Notes under the pieces: generated by a model
Database searches by the model: none
Told to the model about the DNA's origin: nothing
What the model saw: the letters and a program-made list of their open reading frames with translations, nothing else
Program-made: the position numbers and the translations under genes
Source: an uncultured Lachnospiraceae bacterium
GTDB lineage: Bacteria; Bacillota; Clostridia; Lachnospirales; Lachnospiraceae
Direction of reading: 5' to 3'
Length of the DNA stretch: 64,000 bases
Assembly (NCBI GenBank): GCA_910578475.1
Contig: CAJTRK010000008.1
Coordinates: forward strand, 31,082-95,081
In this document: positions 26,997-36,812 of the stretch, one piece after another
Layout of the letters: each line of letters begins with the position of its first letter
How positions within the stretch are numbered: the first letter of the stretch is position 1

Positions 26997-27882
26997 GGTT
27001 GGGGATGCGAAGATAAACGTATTGGCTCCAACGGCTCAGTTTGGCGCAAATGTTTTTGAGGGAATCCGGTGCTATTTTAGTGAAGCAGGAAATCAGCTCT
27101 ATGCGTTCAGGCTGGAGGAACATTATAAGCGCTTACAGAACTCGGCAAAACTGTTTCGAATGAAGTGCCCTTATTCAACGGAAGAGCTGAAACATTTTAT
27201 GATAGACGTCGTTAAGGCCAATGGATATCGTGAAGACATTGCGGTCAGGCAGACACTATTTGTAGACGGATATGGGAGCTGGTTTTCCAGGGAACCGGTA
27301 GGTATGTTTATTGCGCCGATAGCGAAAAAAAGAATTGCCAATCCAATTGTGAAAGGAGAAAAAACCTGTGTGAGTTCATGGGAAAGAATCAGTGACAGGG
27401 ATATGTCTCCGAGAATCAAGGTAGGTGCAAACTATATTAATAGCAGGATGGCGAAGCTGGAGGCCATGGATAATGGATATGATTCGGCGTTGTTTTTAAA
27501 CAGACAGGGATTTGTGGCAGAAGGGACCGGTTCATGTTTCTTTATTGTAAAAGGCGGTTCATTGATAACGCCGATGCTGACAGATTCTATTCTGGAGAGC
27601 ATTACAAGAGATACGATAATGAAACTGGCGCAGAATGAACTCCATATGCCGGTGGTGGAACGGCATATGGACAGAACGGAATTATATACCTGTGACGAGG
27701 CCTTTTTCTGTGGCTCCGCAGTAGAAGTAACACCGGTTGTTCAGATAGACAGTCATGTGGTCGGAACCGGGAAGCCGGGAGAATGGACACAAAGAATTCA
27801 TAAACTGTATTTGGACGTGGCGACAGGCGAATATGAGAAATATACGAACTGGCTGACTCCGATATATGATTCACGTTCATAA
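26947..27882 (+). CDS. Class IV (branched-chain / D-amino-acid) aminotransferase
   Basis: [38 protein letters not shown] aligns with E. coli IlvE [45 protein letters not shown] lies before the ATG at 26947. Confidence 0.8.
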   Translation: [311 protein letters not shown]

Positions 27883-27914
27883 ATTAATATCATCAGGTAA
27901 AAGGAGAAGAAAGT

Positions 27915-28736
27915 ATGCCGTTAAAAATGATGTATATAACAAATAAGCCTAAGGTAGCGCAAATTGTAGAAAGACACCATGTGGAACGTATATGGGTGGA
28001 TTTGGAAATAAGAGGAAAAGTCGAGCGTCAGCATGGAAGAAATTCGGTGATATCAACTCATACGATAGAAGATGTGAGCGCTATTAAGAATAGTCTTTCC
28101 GTTGCAGATTTAATGGTAAGGGTAAATCCTGTTTTTGACGGCTCGCGCAAAGAGATAGATGAGTGTGTAAGAAGAGGCGCCGACATCATTATGCTTCCAT
28201 TTTTTACAGAGGCGGAAGATGTAAAAAAATTCCTCGATTATGTGGATGGCAGGGCCAGAACGATTTTGCTCGTGGAAACAATCGGCGCGGAAAAAAATCT
28301 GGAGGAAATATTAGCTTTAAAGGGCATTGATGAGGTACATATTGGATTGAATGATTTGCATATTCAATATAAAAATAAGTTTATGTTTGAACTGCTTTCT
28401 AACGGCAAGGTAGAAGAAATAACCGATAAAATTAAAAAAATCGGCATTCCATATGGTTTTGGAGGAATTGCGCGACTGGATGACGGGCTGCTTCCGGCAA
28501 GACATATTATCGCGGAACATTACCGGTTAGGCTCTTCGATGGCAATATTATCCAGAAGTTTTTATGATACATGGATATCTGACGATTATGAAGAAATCGA
28601 GAGAGCCTTTAAGTTCGGAATGCAAGAGATAAGAGAGTATGAGGAGCGCCTGGCGCATGAAACGCCGGAGTTTTTTGAAAATAACCGTAAGACAGTGATG
28701 GAAGAGGTTCAGGCCGTTTTGGATAAAATAGGCTGA
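27915..28736 (+). CDS. HpcH/HpaI aldolase / citrate-lyase-beta (CitE) family protein
   Basis: RIWVDLE, LMVRVNP, GADIIMLPFF...ED, ILLVETIGA and GIDEVHIGLNDL follow the HpcH-family TIM-barrel pattern. Confidence 0.55.
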   Translation: MPLKMMYITNKPKVAQIVERHHVERIWVDLEIRGKVERQHGRNSVISTHTIEDVSAIKNSLSVADLMVRVNPVFDGSRKEIDECVRRGADIIMLPFFTEAEDVKKFLDYVDGRARTILLVETIGAEKNLEEILALKGIDEVHIGLNDLHIQYKNKFMFELLSNGKVEEITDKIKKIGIPYGFGGIARLDDGLLPARHIIAEHYRLGSSMAILSRSFYDTWISDDYEEIERAFKFGMQEIREYEERLAHETPEFFENNRKTVMEEVQAVLDKIG

Positions 28737-28789
28737 GAAGCCGTTCCCTGACAGAATACAGGACTGGAAAAAGAGTATGGAGGTAGGTC

Positions 28790-30007
28790 ATGTTAGATTC
28801 ATATAAACAGTTAAAGGCAGCGGCGGATGAACATGGAGATGCTTTCTATATCCTGGACAGTCGATTGTTCGAACAGAATTATGACGACATGCTGTCCGCA
28901 TTCTGTTCCTATTATCCGAATACTCATATTGCATATTCATATAAAACAAATTATATGCCGAAACTTTGCAGAATAATTCAGGAAAAGGGCGGATATGCGG
29001 AGGTAGTGTCCGAGCTGGAATGGCAGCTTGCCGTGAAAACGGGAGTAAAGCCGTCGGATATATATTATAACGGGCCGTATAAGAAAAAAGAATATATTGA
29101 AAAATGTCTTCTTTCGGGTGTCCATATCAATCTGGATTCCATGTATGAAGTTGAAATTGTTGCGGAAATTGCGAAAAGGAACAGGGACAGGAAATTGGAG
29201 GCAGGCATAAGATGTAATGTGGATATCGGCCAGGATGAACCGTCCCGCTTTGGGTTTTATACACAGTCAGGAGAACTTGTCGGAATTGTGCGGAAACTGA
29301 ACGATTTGGGAAATGTAAAAGTAACGGGCCTGCATTGTCATTTACCATTTCGTTCGTTGGACTCTTTTAAGGAACGCGTCCGCATTATGTATACAATACT
29401 GGAACAGTTTCCGGAATACGAATGGTCCTATTTGAGCTTTGGCGGCGGATATATGGGAAAGGTAGACGAAGAAATGGCCAGGACATTTGCATTTGTGCCG
29501 CCAACATACGAGGATTATGCACAGGTCGTTGCGGGTGGGATGAAAGTGTTTTTTGAAAACCGGCAGCATAAACCGAAACTCATCATAGAGCCGGGCAGCG
29601 CACTGGTCGCTGATACCATGAAATATGTAACACGGGTGGTAGATATTAAATATGTAAGGGATAAATATATCGCTACGCTTTCCGGAAGTATTTATAATAT
29701 GAATCCTTCCACAAAGGGAATTAAACGTCCCATCGCCGTATATTCGGACAAACAGCAGGAACATTTCTATGAGAACGTGGATATGGCGGGATATACATGT
29801 ATCGAGTCGGACTATTTGTATAGAGGCTATCAGGGAAATCTGTCCCGGGGGGACTTTGTTGTATTCCATAACGTCGGCTCATACAGTCTTGTTATGAAAC
29901 CCCCGTTCATTCTGCCGGATGTTCCGTGCCTGGAAGAGGATGGAGAGAAGACTGTAATTGTGAAAAAGAAACAGCGTGAAGAGAGTATTTTTGCGGATTT
30001 CATATGA
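28790..30007 (+). CDS. PLP-dependent decarboxylase, Orn/DAP/Arg decarboxylase family (fold type III)
   Basis: DAFYILDSRLFEQNY...HIAYSYKTNYMPKLCRII...GGYAEVVSELEW contains a Lys equivalent to the YAxKAN PLP lysine. FGGGY and EPGSALV are also present. Confidence 0.7.
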   Translation: MLDSYKQLKAAADEHGDAFYILDSRLFEQNYDDMLSAFCSYYPNTHIAYSYKTNYMPKLCRIIQEKGGYAEVVSELEWQLAVKTGVKPSDIYYNGPYKKKEYIEKCLLSGVHINLDSMYEVEIVAEIAKRNRDRKLEAGIRCNVDIGQDEPSRFGFYTQSGELVGIVRKLNDLGNVKVTGLHCHLPFRSLDSFKERVRIMYTILEQFPEYEWSYLSFGGGYMGKVDEEMARTFAFVPPTYEDYAQVVAGGMKVFFENRQHKPKLIIEPGSALVADTMKYVTRVVDIKYVRDKYIATLSGSIYNMNPSTKGIKRPIAVYSDKQQEHFYENVDMAGYTCIESDYLYRGYQGNLSRGDFVVFHNVGSYSLVMKPPFILPDVPCLEEDGEKTVIVKKKQREESIFADFI

Positions 30008-30059
30008 GCAGAAAAGAGATAACGGGCATTAATATCAGAAAGTGGGATAAGGAAAGCAA

Positions 30060-31004
30060 ATGAGTGACAAGAAGCTGGTTACGCAGATTATGTGCTATTA
30101 TAACGAAAAAAAATATTTAGGAGACGCCATTCGCAGTATATTGGCTCAGAGCTATGCCAATTGGGAGCTGATTCTGATTGACGATGGCTCTACGGATGGA
30201 AGCCATGAAACAGCGGAATCATTTCAGGATGACAGAATTATACATGTTTCCAATAAAGAAAATCATGGACTGGCATGGTGCCGCAATCAGGGATTATCGC
30301 TGGCGAAAGGAGAATATATCGGCTTTGTAGATGCTGACGATATAGCACGCAAGGACAAACTAAAAAAAATGGTCGATTATCTCGATTCTCACGAAGATGT
30401 TCTGGTATTAAGCGGAGGATGTATTTATATAGACAAATATGGAAATAAGCTGTCACAAAGAGAAGGGATTATTTGTGAAGACGCAGATATCAGAGCATAT
30501 ATGCTGTTTGGAAACTGTATGGCGGGTCCCTGTGCTCTTTTCCGGAGAGCGGTAATTGATAAGTATCATATAGCGCATGATATTGTTATGCGGACTTCAC
30601 AGGATTATTTTTTCTGGCAGAAATGTCTTCGCCATGGAAAATTTTATAATCTGGAAGAGCCGTTGTTTTATTATAGGATTGGGCATAACTCCCAGAGCAA
30701 CAGGACGGTTAAACGCGACCCTGAAAAGAATCAGAATATTTTACTGAAAATTCTTCATTACGCATGGCGTTCAAGGGGCTTTCGATTGAATCGAGGGGAT
30801 ATTACTTATATATACAGATATATATATCATCAGGAGCGGTTTACATCTTTCAATGATTATATAAAAGGATATAAATTGTATCGCAAAATAAAGAAACAGG
30901 AGTCCGGGTTAAACCTGCCGGAAGGTTCTCAAATTTTAGCTCTGTACAAAGAATTTTTGAAAAAACACATGAGGAATGATATAAAGCACATAGCAGTTTT
31001 ATAA
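30060..31004 (+). CDS. Family-2 glycosyltransferase
   Basis: VTQIMCYYNEKKYLGDAIRSILAQS, LILIDDGSTDGS and FVDADD. Confidence 0.8.
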   Translation: MSDKKLVTQIMCYYNEKKYLGDAIRSILAQSYANWELILIDDGSTDGSHETAESFQDDRIIHVSNKENHGLAWCRNQGLSLAKGEYIGFVDADDIARKDKLKKMVDYLDSHEDVLVLSGGCIYIDKYGNKLSQREGIICEDADIRAYMLFGNCMAGPCALFRRAVIDKYHIAHDIVMRTSQDYFFWQKCLRHGKFYNLEEPLFYYRIGHNSQSNRTVKRDPEKNQNILLKILHYAWRSRGFRLNRGDITYIYRYIYHQERFTSFNDYIKGYKLYRKIKKQESGLNLPEGSQILALYKEFLKKHMRNDIKHIAVL

Positions 31005-31060
31005 AAGGCAGAACAGAAAATGAAGGTTGGCGAATCAACAATATTCGGAGGAAAAGTAAA

Positions 31061-31849
31061 GTGGAAAATCAGATATATGATGACGCATTCTATAAAAACA
31101 GAAATGAAGAGACGAAATATTCGGCTGAAAGAATTATAGATGCACTTTTTAAGCGTTTATATAAGATGCCTCAGAGCATGGTAGATGTAGGATGTGGGGT
31201 TGGAACCTGGCTCGGCGTTGTCCATTCAAAGTATGGTGTAGAAACTGTCATTGGGATGGATGGAGATTATGTACCAAGACAATATCTGCAAATAGACAAG
31301 GACAATTTTATTCCCTGTAATCTGGAGGATTATCAGGCAGAAAAAATTTTAATAAAAAATGGAAATAAGAAATTCGGTCTGGCCGTTTCGCTTGAAGTGG
31401 CGGAGCATATTCAAAGAAAAAATGCAAGAAAATTTGTCAGGAATTTATGCGGGCTGAGTGATGTTATATTGTTTTCCGCGGCATTGGCGAAACAGGGAGG
31501 CGATGGTCATGTAAATGAACAAAGGCTTTCATACTGGATAAAGCTTTTTGCCGAAAACGGTTATCGTTTTTGTGATGTTATCCGGGCGGATATCTGGAAT
31601 GATAAGAAAATACCTGTCTGGTACAGAAATAATGTTGTGGTATTCTGCAATTCCGGAGATGAAATAATTCGTACGGAAGGTGTTGAACCGATAATTGATA
31701 TGGTTCATCCGGATTTGTATGAAGCAAAAGTAAAAATTTACGAAGAGCAGATAAGGCAGTTGGAACAGGATGGTAAAGTGATGCGTCTGCTCAAGCGTGA
31801 ATGTAAAAAAACCGCAGATAAAATTACAAGTCTTATATATCGGGATTGA
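31061..31849 (+). CDS. Class I SAM-dependent methyltransferase
   Basis: SMVDVGCGVGTWLG (motif I) and LAVSLEVAEHI. GTG start. Confidence 0.65.
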   Translation: MENQIYDDAFYKNRNEETKYSAERIIDALFKRLYKMPQSMVDVGCGVGTWLGVVHSKYGVETVIGMDGDYVPRQYLQIDKDNFIPCNLEDYQAEKILIKNGNKKFGLAVSLEVAEHIQRKNARKFVRNLCGLSDVILFSAALAKQGGDGHVNEQRLSYWIKLFAENGYRFCDVIRADIWNDKKIPVWYRNNVVVFCNSGDEIIRTEGVEPIIDMVHPDLYEAKVKIYEEQIRQLEQDGKVMRLLKRECKKTADKITSLIYRD

Positions 31850-31878
31850 TAACCTTTATATGGAGGTAGTTTGGAAAG

Positions 31879-33279
31879 ATGCAACAGCGCAAAGACTGGA
31901 TTGACATAATTGTAGATAAAGTGCATGAAAATTATAATGGGCGCCAGGTCGTAATATGGGGATTCTTTGAGACATCCTGCACCATAAGCGGTAAATTAAA
32001 GGAGCGTTACGGAATCAGTACGGCCTTCTATGTAGACGGCAATGCTGCTAAAACAGATAATGTACAGGTTTTTCATCCGGACTGTTTAGACGGTAAATCA
32101 GATACCTGTTATGTAGTAATTCCGCTGACGTTTTATCAGTCAATCAAAGAAAAAATATCAGAGTACGGATATAAAGAGGACATAGATTATTATTATTTTT
32201 GCGGTTGTATTTTACGGCAGGAACCGGATTATTTTGAAGATGCACACGGAAATAAGATTATAGGGAACTATAAAGGACTTAAATTTGCTTTTTTTGGATT
32301 TCATTCGACGATTGAACTTGGAGATAACATACAGTTTCAGAATACATGTCTTTATTTCTTTTCCGATGATTCGAGAATAAAGATTGGAAGTAATGTGGAG
32401 CTGAAAGAAAACGTTATCCACATATATAATAGTTCCAATATGATAGTTGGAAGTAGTACAGAGCTGAAAGAAAATACCATTTACATACATAATCATTCAG
32501 AAGCGCTTATTGGAGACGGCACAAAGCTGAAAGGCAATCTTTTCAATATTAAAAATTCAGCTAAAACGTTATTGGAGGAGAGTGTACACTTTGAAAACGT
32601 ACAGATGGTTATCAGAGATAATGCAAGGCTGGAAACAAAAGACGGCTCTTTGATAAAAGGCCTGCATATTAGCGTATATGAGCACGGAGAAGCTTTATTG
32701 GGACAAAACACGGAGGTTACGGGAGATGTTTGGGAAATAAGGGAAAACGCCAGGCTGCATATAGGAAACGGCGGAAAATTTATATATAGCATTGGTGGAA
32801 AAAGTTCCATACATATTGCCGAGAATGCCGGTATGATAATCGGTAACAATTTTCATATTTTGGAAAATTACCGTTTTGTGGTAGCTTCCGGTACAAAAAT
32901 CTTAATAGGCAATGATTGTGTTATGTCTTATAACATCACAATGTATAGCAGTGATTTGCATTCCATTTTTGATGTTGTTACCGGAGAAAATATTAATTCC
33001 AATGATGAAATTAAGAAAGAACGGAAAATTGTAATAGGAAATCATGTATGGTTAGGGGTCCATGTCACTGTTCTATATAACACGCAAATCGGCGACGGAA
33101 GTGTAATAGGGGCTATGAGTCTGGTAAAGAGTAAGATTCCAAACAACTGTATAGCGGCAGGTTCTCCTGCCAGAGTAGTAAGACGTGATATTGCATGGAG
33201 TATGAATGATGGAGCTGCGGATATTTCTGATTGCGGAGAGGAATATGTCAATTTAACGGAAGAATCCCGGAAGGAGTAA
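31879..33279 (+). CDS. Hexapeptide-repeat (LbH) acyl/acetyltransferase with an N-terminal Rossmann-like module and a central beta-helix-like repeat region
   Basis: The C-terminus IGNHVWLGVHVTVLYNTQIGDGSVIGAMSLVKSKIPNNCIAAGSPARVV is a typical LbH O-acetyltransferase end. Repeats of about 22 aa read ...LKEN.I.I.N.S....G. The N-terminus reads VVIWGFFETS...FYVDGN. Confidence 0.7.
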   Translation: MQQRKDWIDIIVDKVHENYNGRQVVIWGFFETSCTISGKLKERYGISTAFYVDGNAAKTDNVQVFHPDCLDGKSDTCYVVIPLTFYQSIKEKISEYGYKEDIDYYYFCGCILRQEPDYFEDAHGNKIIGNYKGLKFAFFGFHSTIELGDNIQFQNTCLYFFSDDSRIKIGSNVELKENVIHIYNSSNMIVGSSTELKENTIYIHNHSEALIGDGTKLKGNLFNIKNSAKTLLEESVHFENVQMVIRDNARLETKDGSLIKGLHISVYEHGEALLGQNTEVTGDVWEIRENARLHIGNGGKFIYSIGGKSSIHIAENAGMIIGNNFHILENYRFVVASGTKILIGNDCVMSYNITMYSSDLHSIFDVVTGENINSNDEIKKERKIVIGNHVWLGVHVTVLYNTQIGDGSVIGAMSLVKSKIPNNCIAAGSPARVVRRDIAWSMNDGAADISDCGEEYVNLTEESRKE

Positions 33280-33285
33280 AAATTC

Positions 33286-34398
33286 ATGTACAGTGGCAGG
33301 AAAGAAGTAATTGTATATGGTTTAGGAAAAGATTTTGAAGATTTCAGGAAGACGATTGAAGCGGAATACCAGGTCGTAGGATACAGTGATACGGATATTG
33401 ATAAAGCGAACCGATACAGTCCCTTTATTGCAGTGGATGAGATTCGGGAAAAAGAGAATCATGTGCTGATTACAAGTACAAAATATTTCGACGAAATAAA
33501 GGCATCTCTAATCGCCAAAGGGATAGGTGAAGACAGGATAGAGGAAGGTGGTCTTGAAAGGCTGATACAAAAGCCTGTGTTGGTGGTAACAATACATGCC
33601 GGAATGGGAAACATACTGTTTTGCTATGCCTTTGGGCAGATGTTGCAGGAAATTCATCCGGAAGTACCCGTATATTATGATATTTCATGGTATTTTGAGA
33701 TTAACAGACCTTTTGCCAGACTGCTTACGCATTTGGAAAAAATGTTCCATCTTTCGCTGCCGGCAGCAGACGAAGAAACTGTAAAAAGGGCAAAAAGGCA
33801 GGGATATACAGTTCAAAGAGAGTCTTTGGTATTTGAGGAAAAATACTTTAAGATAAATCAAGGCTTTTTCCGGGGCTATTGGGAGACCAGTAAATATTTC
33901 AGCGGCGTAAAAGAAAAAATCAGAGAAACGTATCAGTTTGATGAAGCATTTTTATCGGCAGAGCAGAAGAACATATTGAAGAAAATACGGAATACGGAAT
34001 CCGTAGCAGTCTGGTTCCGCCGGGGCGATTATCTGGCGCCGGAGAATATAGGATGTTTTGGAAACATTTGTACGCAGGAGTATTATGACAAGGCTATGAA
34101 TTATATGAAATCCAGATATAAGGATGCCGCGTTTTTTATCTTTTCAAATGATTCGGAATATATTGCAGAACATTATAGCGAATACAATTTGATGCTTTAT
34201 GACGATGATACTTCTGATATTAAAGATTATGATATGTATCTTATGTCATCCTGTAAGCATTTAATCATTGCGAACAGCACGTTTTCCTGGTGGGCGGCAT
34301 GGCTGCACGGTGATAAAGGAACTATTATAGCGCCTGAGAAGTGGCTGAATGAACGTGAAGATACGGATATATGGGAAGAATACTGGATAAAAATGTAA
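33286..34398 (+). CDS. GT11-family (alpha-1,2-fucosyltransferase-like) glycosyltransferase with an N-terminal Rossmann-like module
   Basis: The GT11 motifs HAGMGNILFCYAFG, VAVWFRRGDY and IIANSTFSWWAAWL are present. The N-terminus reads VIVYGLGKDFEDF...VVGYSDTD. Confidence 0.75.
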   Translation: MYSGRKEVIVYGLGKDFEDFRKTIEAEYQVVGYSDTDIDKANRYSPFIAVDEIREKENHVLITSTKYFDEIKASLIAKGIGEDRIEEGGLERLIQKPVLVVTIHAGMGNILFCYAFGQMLQEIHPEVPVYYDISWYFEINRPFARLLTHLEKMFHLSLPAADEETVKRAKRQGYTVQRESLVFEEKYFKINQGFFRGYWETSKYFSGVKEKIRETYQFDEAFLSAEQKNILKKIRNTESVAVWFRRGDYLAPENIGCFGNICTQEYYDKAMNYMKSRYKDAAFFIFSNDSEYIAEHYSEYNLMLYDDDTSDIKDYDMYLMSSCKHLIIANSTFSWWAAWLHGDKGTIIAPEKWLNEREDTDIWEEYWIKM

Positions 34399-34432
34399 AA
34401 GTTCTTATCAAGATATAAAGGTGGAAAGACAT

Positions 34433-35212
34433 ATGAAAGTGGTTATTCTGGCAGGAGGACTTGGAACGCGGATATCGGAGGAGAGTTACTTAAAACCAAA
34501 ACCGATGGTAGAAATCGGCGGTATGCCTGTTATATGGCATATTATGAAGATATACTCACATTATGGTTTTAACGACTTTATTATATGCGCCGGATATAAG
34601 CAGTATATTATAAAAGAGTTTTTTGCAAATTACTTTTTTCATAGAAGCAATATTACGTTTGATTTTACCAATGGAAAACAGGATATGGTTATTCATAATA
34701 ATTTACTGGAACCGTGGAAAGTTACGGTCGTTGATACTGGCTTAAATACCATGACCGGGGGCAGAATCAAACGTATCAAAAATTACATAAACAGTGAACC
34801 GTTTTTCCTGACCTATGGAGACGGAGTTTCAGATGTCAATATAAACGAGCTTTTAAAATACCATAAAAGTAAAGGTAAACTGCTGACATTGATGGGAATA
34901 AAGCCGGAGAGCCGTTTCGGGATTATGGATTTATCCGAGGATGGAAATATTATTAACTTCAGAGAGAAGAGCAGACAGGACAGCGATTGGATAAACGGCG
35001 GTTTTATGATATGCAGCCCGGAGGTTATCGACTATATAAAAGGCGATGATACGGCGTTTGAAAAAGAACCGATGGAAAAGATGGCAGCTGCGGGAGAAGC
35101 GGCTTGTTACAGATATGACGGTTTCTGGCAATGTATGGATACGATGAGAGATAAGAATAAACTGGAAGAATTATGGGAATGCGGAAAGGCTCCCTGGAAA
35201 GTGTGGGAATAA
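34433..35212 (+). CDS. rfbF: Glucose-1-phosphate cytidylyltransferase
   Basis: MKVVILAGGLGTRISEESYLKPKPMVEIGGMPVIWHIMKIYSHYGFNDFIICAGYKQYIIKEFFANYF is near-canonical RfbF. AAGGTGGA lies before the ATG at 34433. Confidence 0.9.
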   Translation: MKVVILAGGLGTRISEESYLKPKPMVEIGGMPVIWHIMKIYSHYGFNDFIICAGYKQYIIKEFFANYFFHRSNITFDFTNGKQDMVIHNNLLEPWKVTVVDTGLNTMTGGRIKRIKNYINSEPFFLTYGDGVSDVNINELLKYHKSKGKLLTLMGIKPESRFGIMDLSEDGNIINFREKSRQDSDWINGGFMICSPEVIDYIKGDDTAFEKEPMEKMAAAGEAACYRYDGFWQCMDTMRDKNKLEELWECGKAPWKVWE

Positions 35213-35276
35213 CTGCATTCTGCACAACGGAAGAAGTTATCTGATTTCATAATAAGGAAAGGATGGAAAATACTTT

Positions 35277-35840
35277 ATGGGTTCAAAAATTTCAATTGAG
35301 AGTTTGGAAATTGAGGGATTAAAAATAATAACTCCCTTCTATGCCGAAGACGAGAGAGGGTATTTTCTCAAAGATTTTGAAAGAAATATATATCAGAGTC
35401 TGGGACTGGAAAATTCATTGAGCGAAAGCATGGTCACAAAATCCAAAAAGGGTGTTATACGCGGCCTGCATTTTCAGATAAACCACCCACAGACCAAACT
35501 GGTGAGTGTTTTACGGGGGGAAGTGCTGGATATCGCAGTAGATTTAAGAAAAAATTCAGACACTTTCGGAAAGTGGAAGGCGGTGACATTGTCGGAAGAA
35601 AATCGAAAAACCTTTTATATACCGGCGGGCTTTGCTCATGGTTATCAAGTTTTACGGGAAGATACGCTGGTTTCATACAAATGTATTGGGGATTATGATG
35701 CGGAGACTGATTCTGGAATCGCATATCATGATAAAGACCTGGGTGTTGTCTGGATGGAAGGTTATGGGGTAATTACATCCGAAAGAGATAAAACGCTCAT
35801 GACCTTTGAAGAATTTAAGAATACCTATGGCGGATTGTAG
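35277..35840 (+). CDS. RfbC/RmlC-family cupin sugar-nucleotide 3,5-(or 5-)epimerase
   Basis: DERGYFLKDF, GVIRGLHFQ, KLVSVLRGEVLDIAVDLR and FYIPAGFAHGY. Confidence 0.8.
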   Translation: MGSKISIESLEIEGLKIITPFYAEDERGYFLKDFERNIYQSLGLENSLSESMVTKSKKGVIRGLHFQINHPQTKLVSVLRGEVLDIAVDLRKNSDTFGKWKAVTLSEENRKTFYIPAGFAHGYQVLREDTLVSYKCIGDYDAETDSGIAYHDKDLGVVWMEGYGVITSERDKTLMTFEEFKNTYGGL

Positions 35841-35857
35841 GATGGAAAGGAGAAATT

Positions 35858-36808
35858 TTGAAAGAAAGGAAAGTTATCATCACGGGGGCAGCTGGCTTTA
35901 TCGGATATGCCCTGACTAAGAAATATAGTGAAATGCAGGTAAAAGTTTACGCTGTTGTCAGGGAAGAAAGCCAAAATCTTCAGGATTTGCATGGTTTGCA
36001 TGGTGTTGAGATTGTCAAATGCAATCTTGAACACTATACGCATTTAGAAGAATTGATTGAAGAAAGGGAGTTTGATGCTTTTTTCCATTTAGCGTGGCAG
36101 GGTTCGGGCGGAAAGGATAAGAATAAAGGCGCACAAAATCTGGAAGTACAGCTGGATAATGTAAAATATTCCTGCGATGCGGTGCATGCGGCTAAGAAAC
36201 TGGGATGTCGTAAATTCATTTTCGCAGCAAGTCTCATGGAATATGAAGTCATGAAATTAATGGAAACGGAACTGGATTCCAATAAAAGAAACATTTACAT
36301 GACTGCAAAATTAACGGCGCATTATATGACCAAGATTGAAGCAAATGATTTGGGTATTGATTATAACGCGGCGATTATATCCAACGTATTCGGCAAAGGA
36401 GAAATTTCGGACCGGTTTATCTATACCACACTGTGTAATATGCTGCAGGGAGTGAGGACGAAATTTTCGGAAGCAAAGCAGCCATATGACTTTGTATATA
36501 TAGACGATGCGGCAGAAATGCTGGCCCTTGTAGCTGAAAAAGGCTTGAGGAATAAAAATTATTATATCGGGAGTATGGAGCCGCGCAGACTCAGGGATTA
36601 TATTTATGAAATGAGGGACTGTATAGACCCATCCCTTGAGATTGGAATCGGAGAATATAAACAGTACCTCGGAGTATATCTGACTTATGACGAGCTGGAT
36701 ATTAAGGCATGTTACAAAGATTTTGGTTTTACACCGCGTTATTCATTTAAAGACGGTATTATGCAGACAATAGAATGGTTGAAGACATTGAAGACATATG
36801 GAGGATGA
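35858..36808 (+). CDS. NAD(P)-dependent extended-SDR sugar-nucleotide epimerase/reductase
   Basis: VIITGAAGFIGYAL (GxxGxxG) and YMTAK (YxxxK). TTG start preceded by AAGGAG. Confidence 0.75.
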   Translation: MKERKVIITGAAGFIGYALTKKYSEMQVKVYAVVREESQNLQDLHGLHGVEIVKCNLEHYTHLEELIEEREFDAFFHLAWQGSGGKDKNKGAQNLEVQLDNVKYSCDAVHAAKKLGCRKFIFAASLMEYEVMKLMETELDSNKRNIYMTAKLTAHYMTKIEANDLGIDYNAAIISNVFGKGEISDRFIYTTLCNMLQGVRTKFSEAKQPYDFVYIDDAAEMLALVAEKGLRNKNYYIGSMEPRRLRDYIYEMRDCIDPSLEIGIGEYKQYLGVYLTYDELDIKACYKDFGFTPRYSFKDGIMQTIEWLKTLKTYGG

Positions 36809-36812
36809 TAGT

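Noticed and set aside
20371-28736. The CitC-like ligase, carrier protein and HpcH/CitE-like protein read as a citrate lyase operon.
   Set aside because: No CitF (alpha subunit), CitD-type gamma subunit, CitX or CitG is present. The carrier is ACP/DltC-like. The genes are separated by glycan genes and sit in a glycosylation train.
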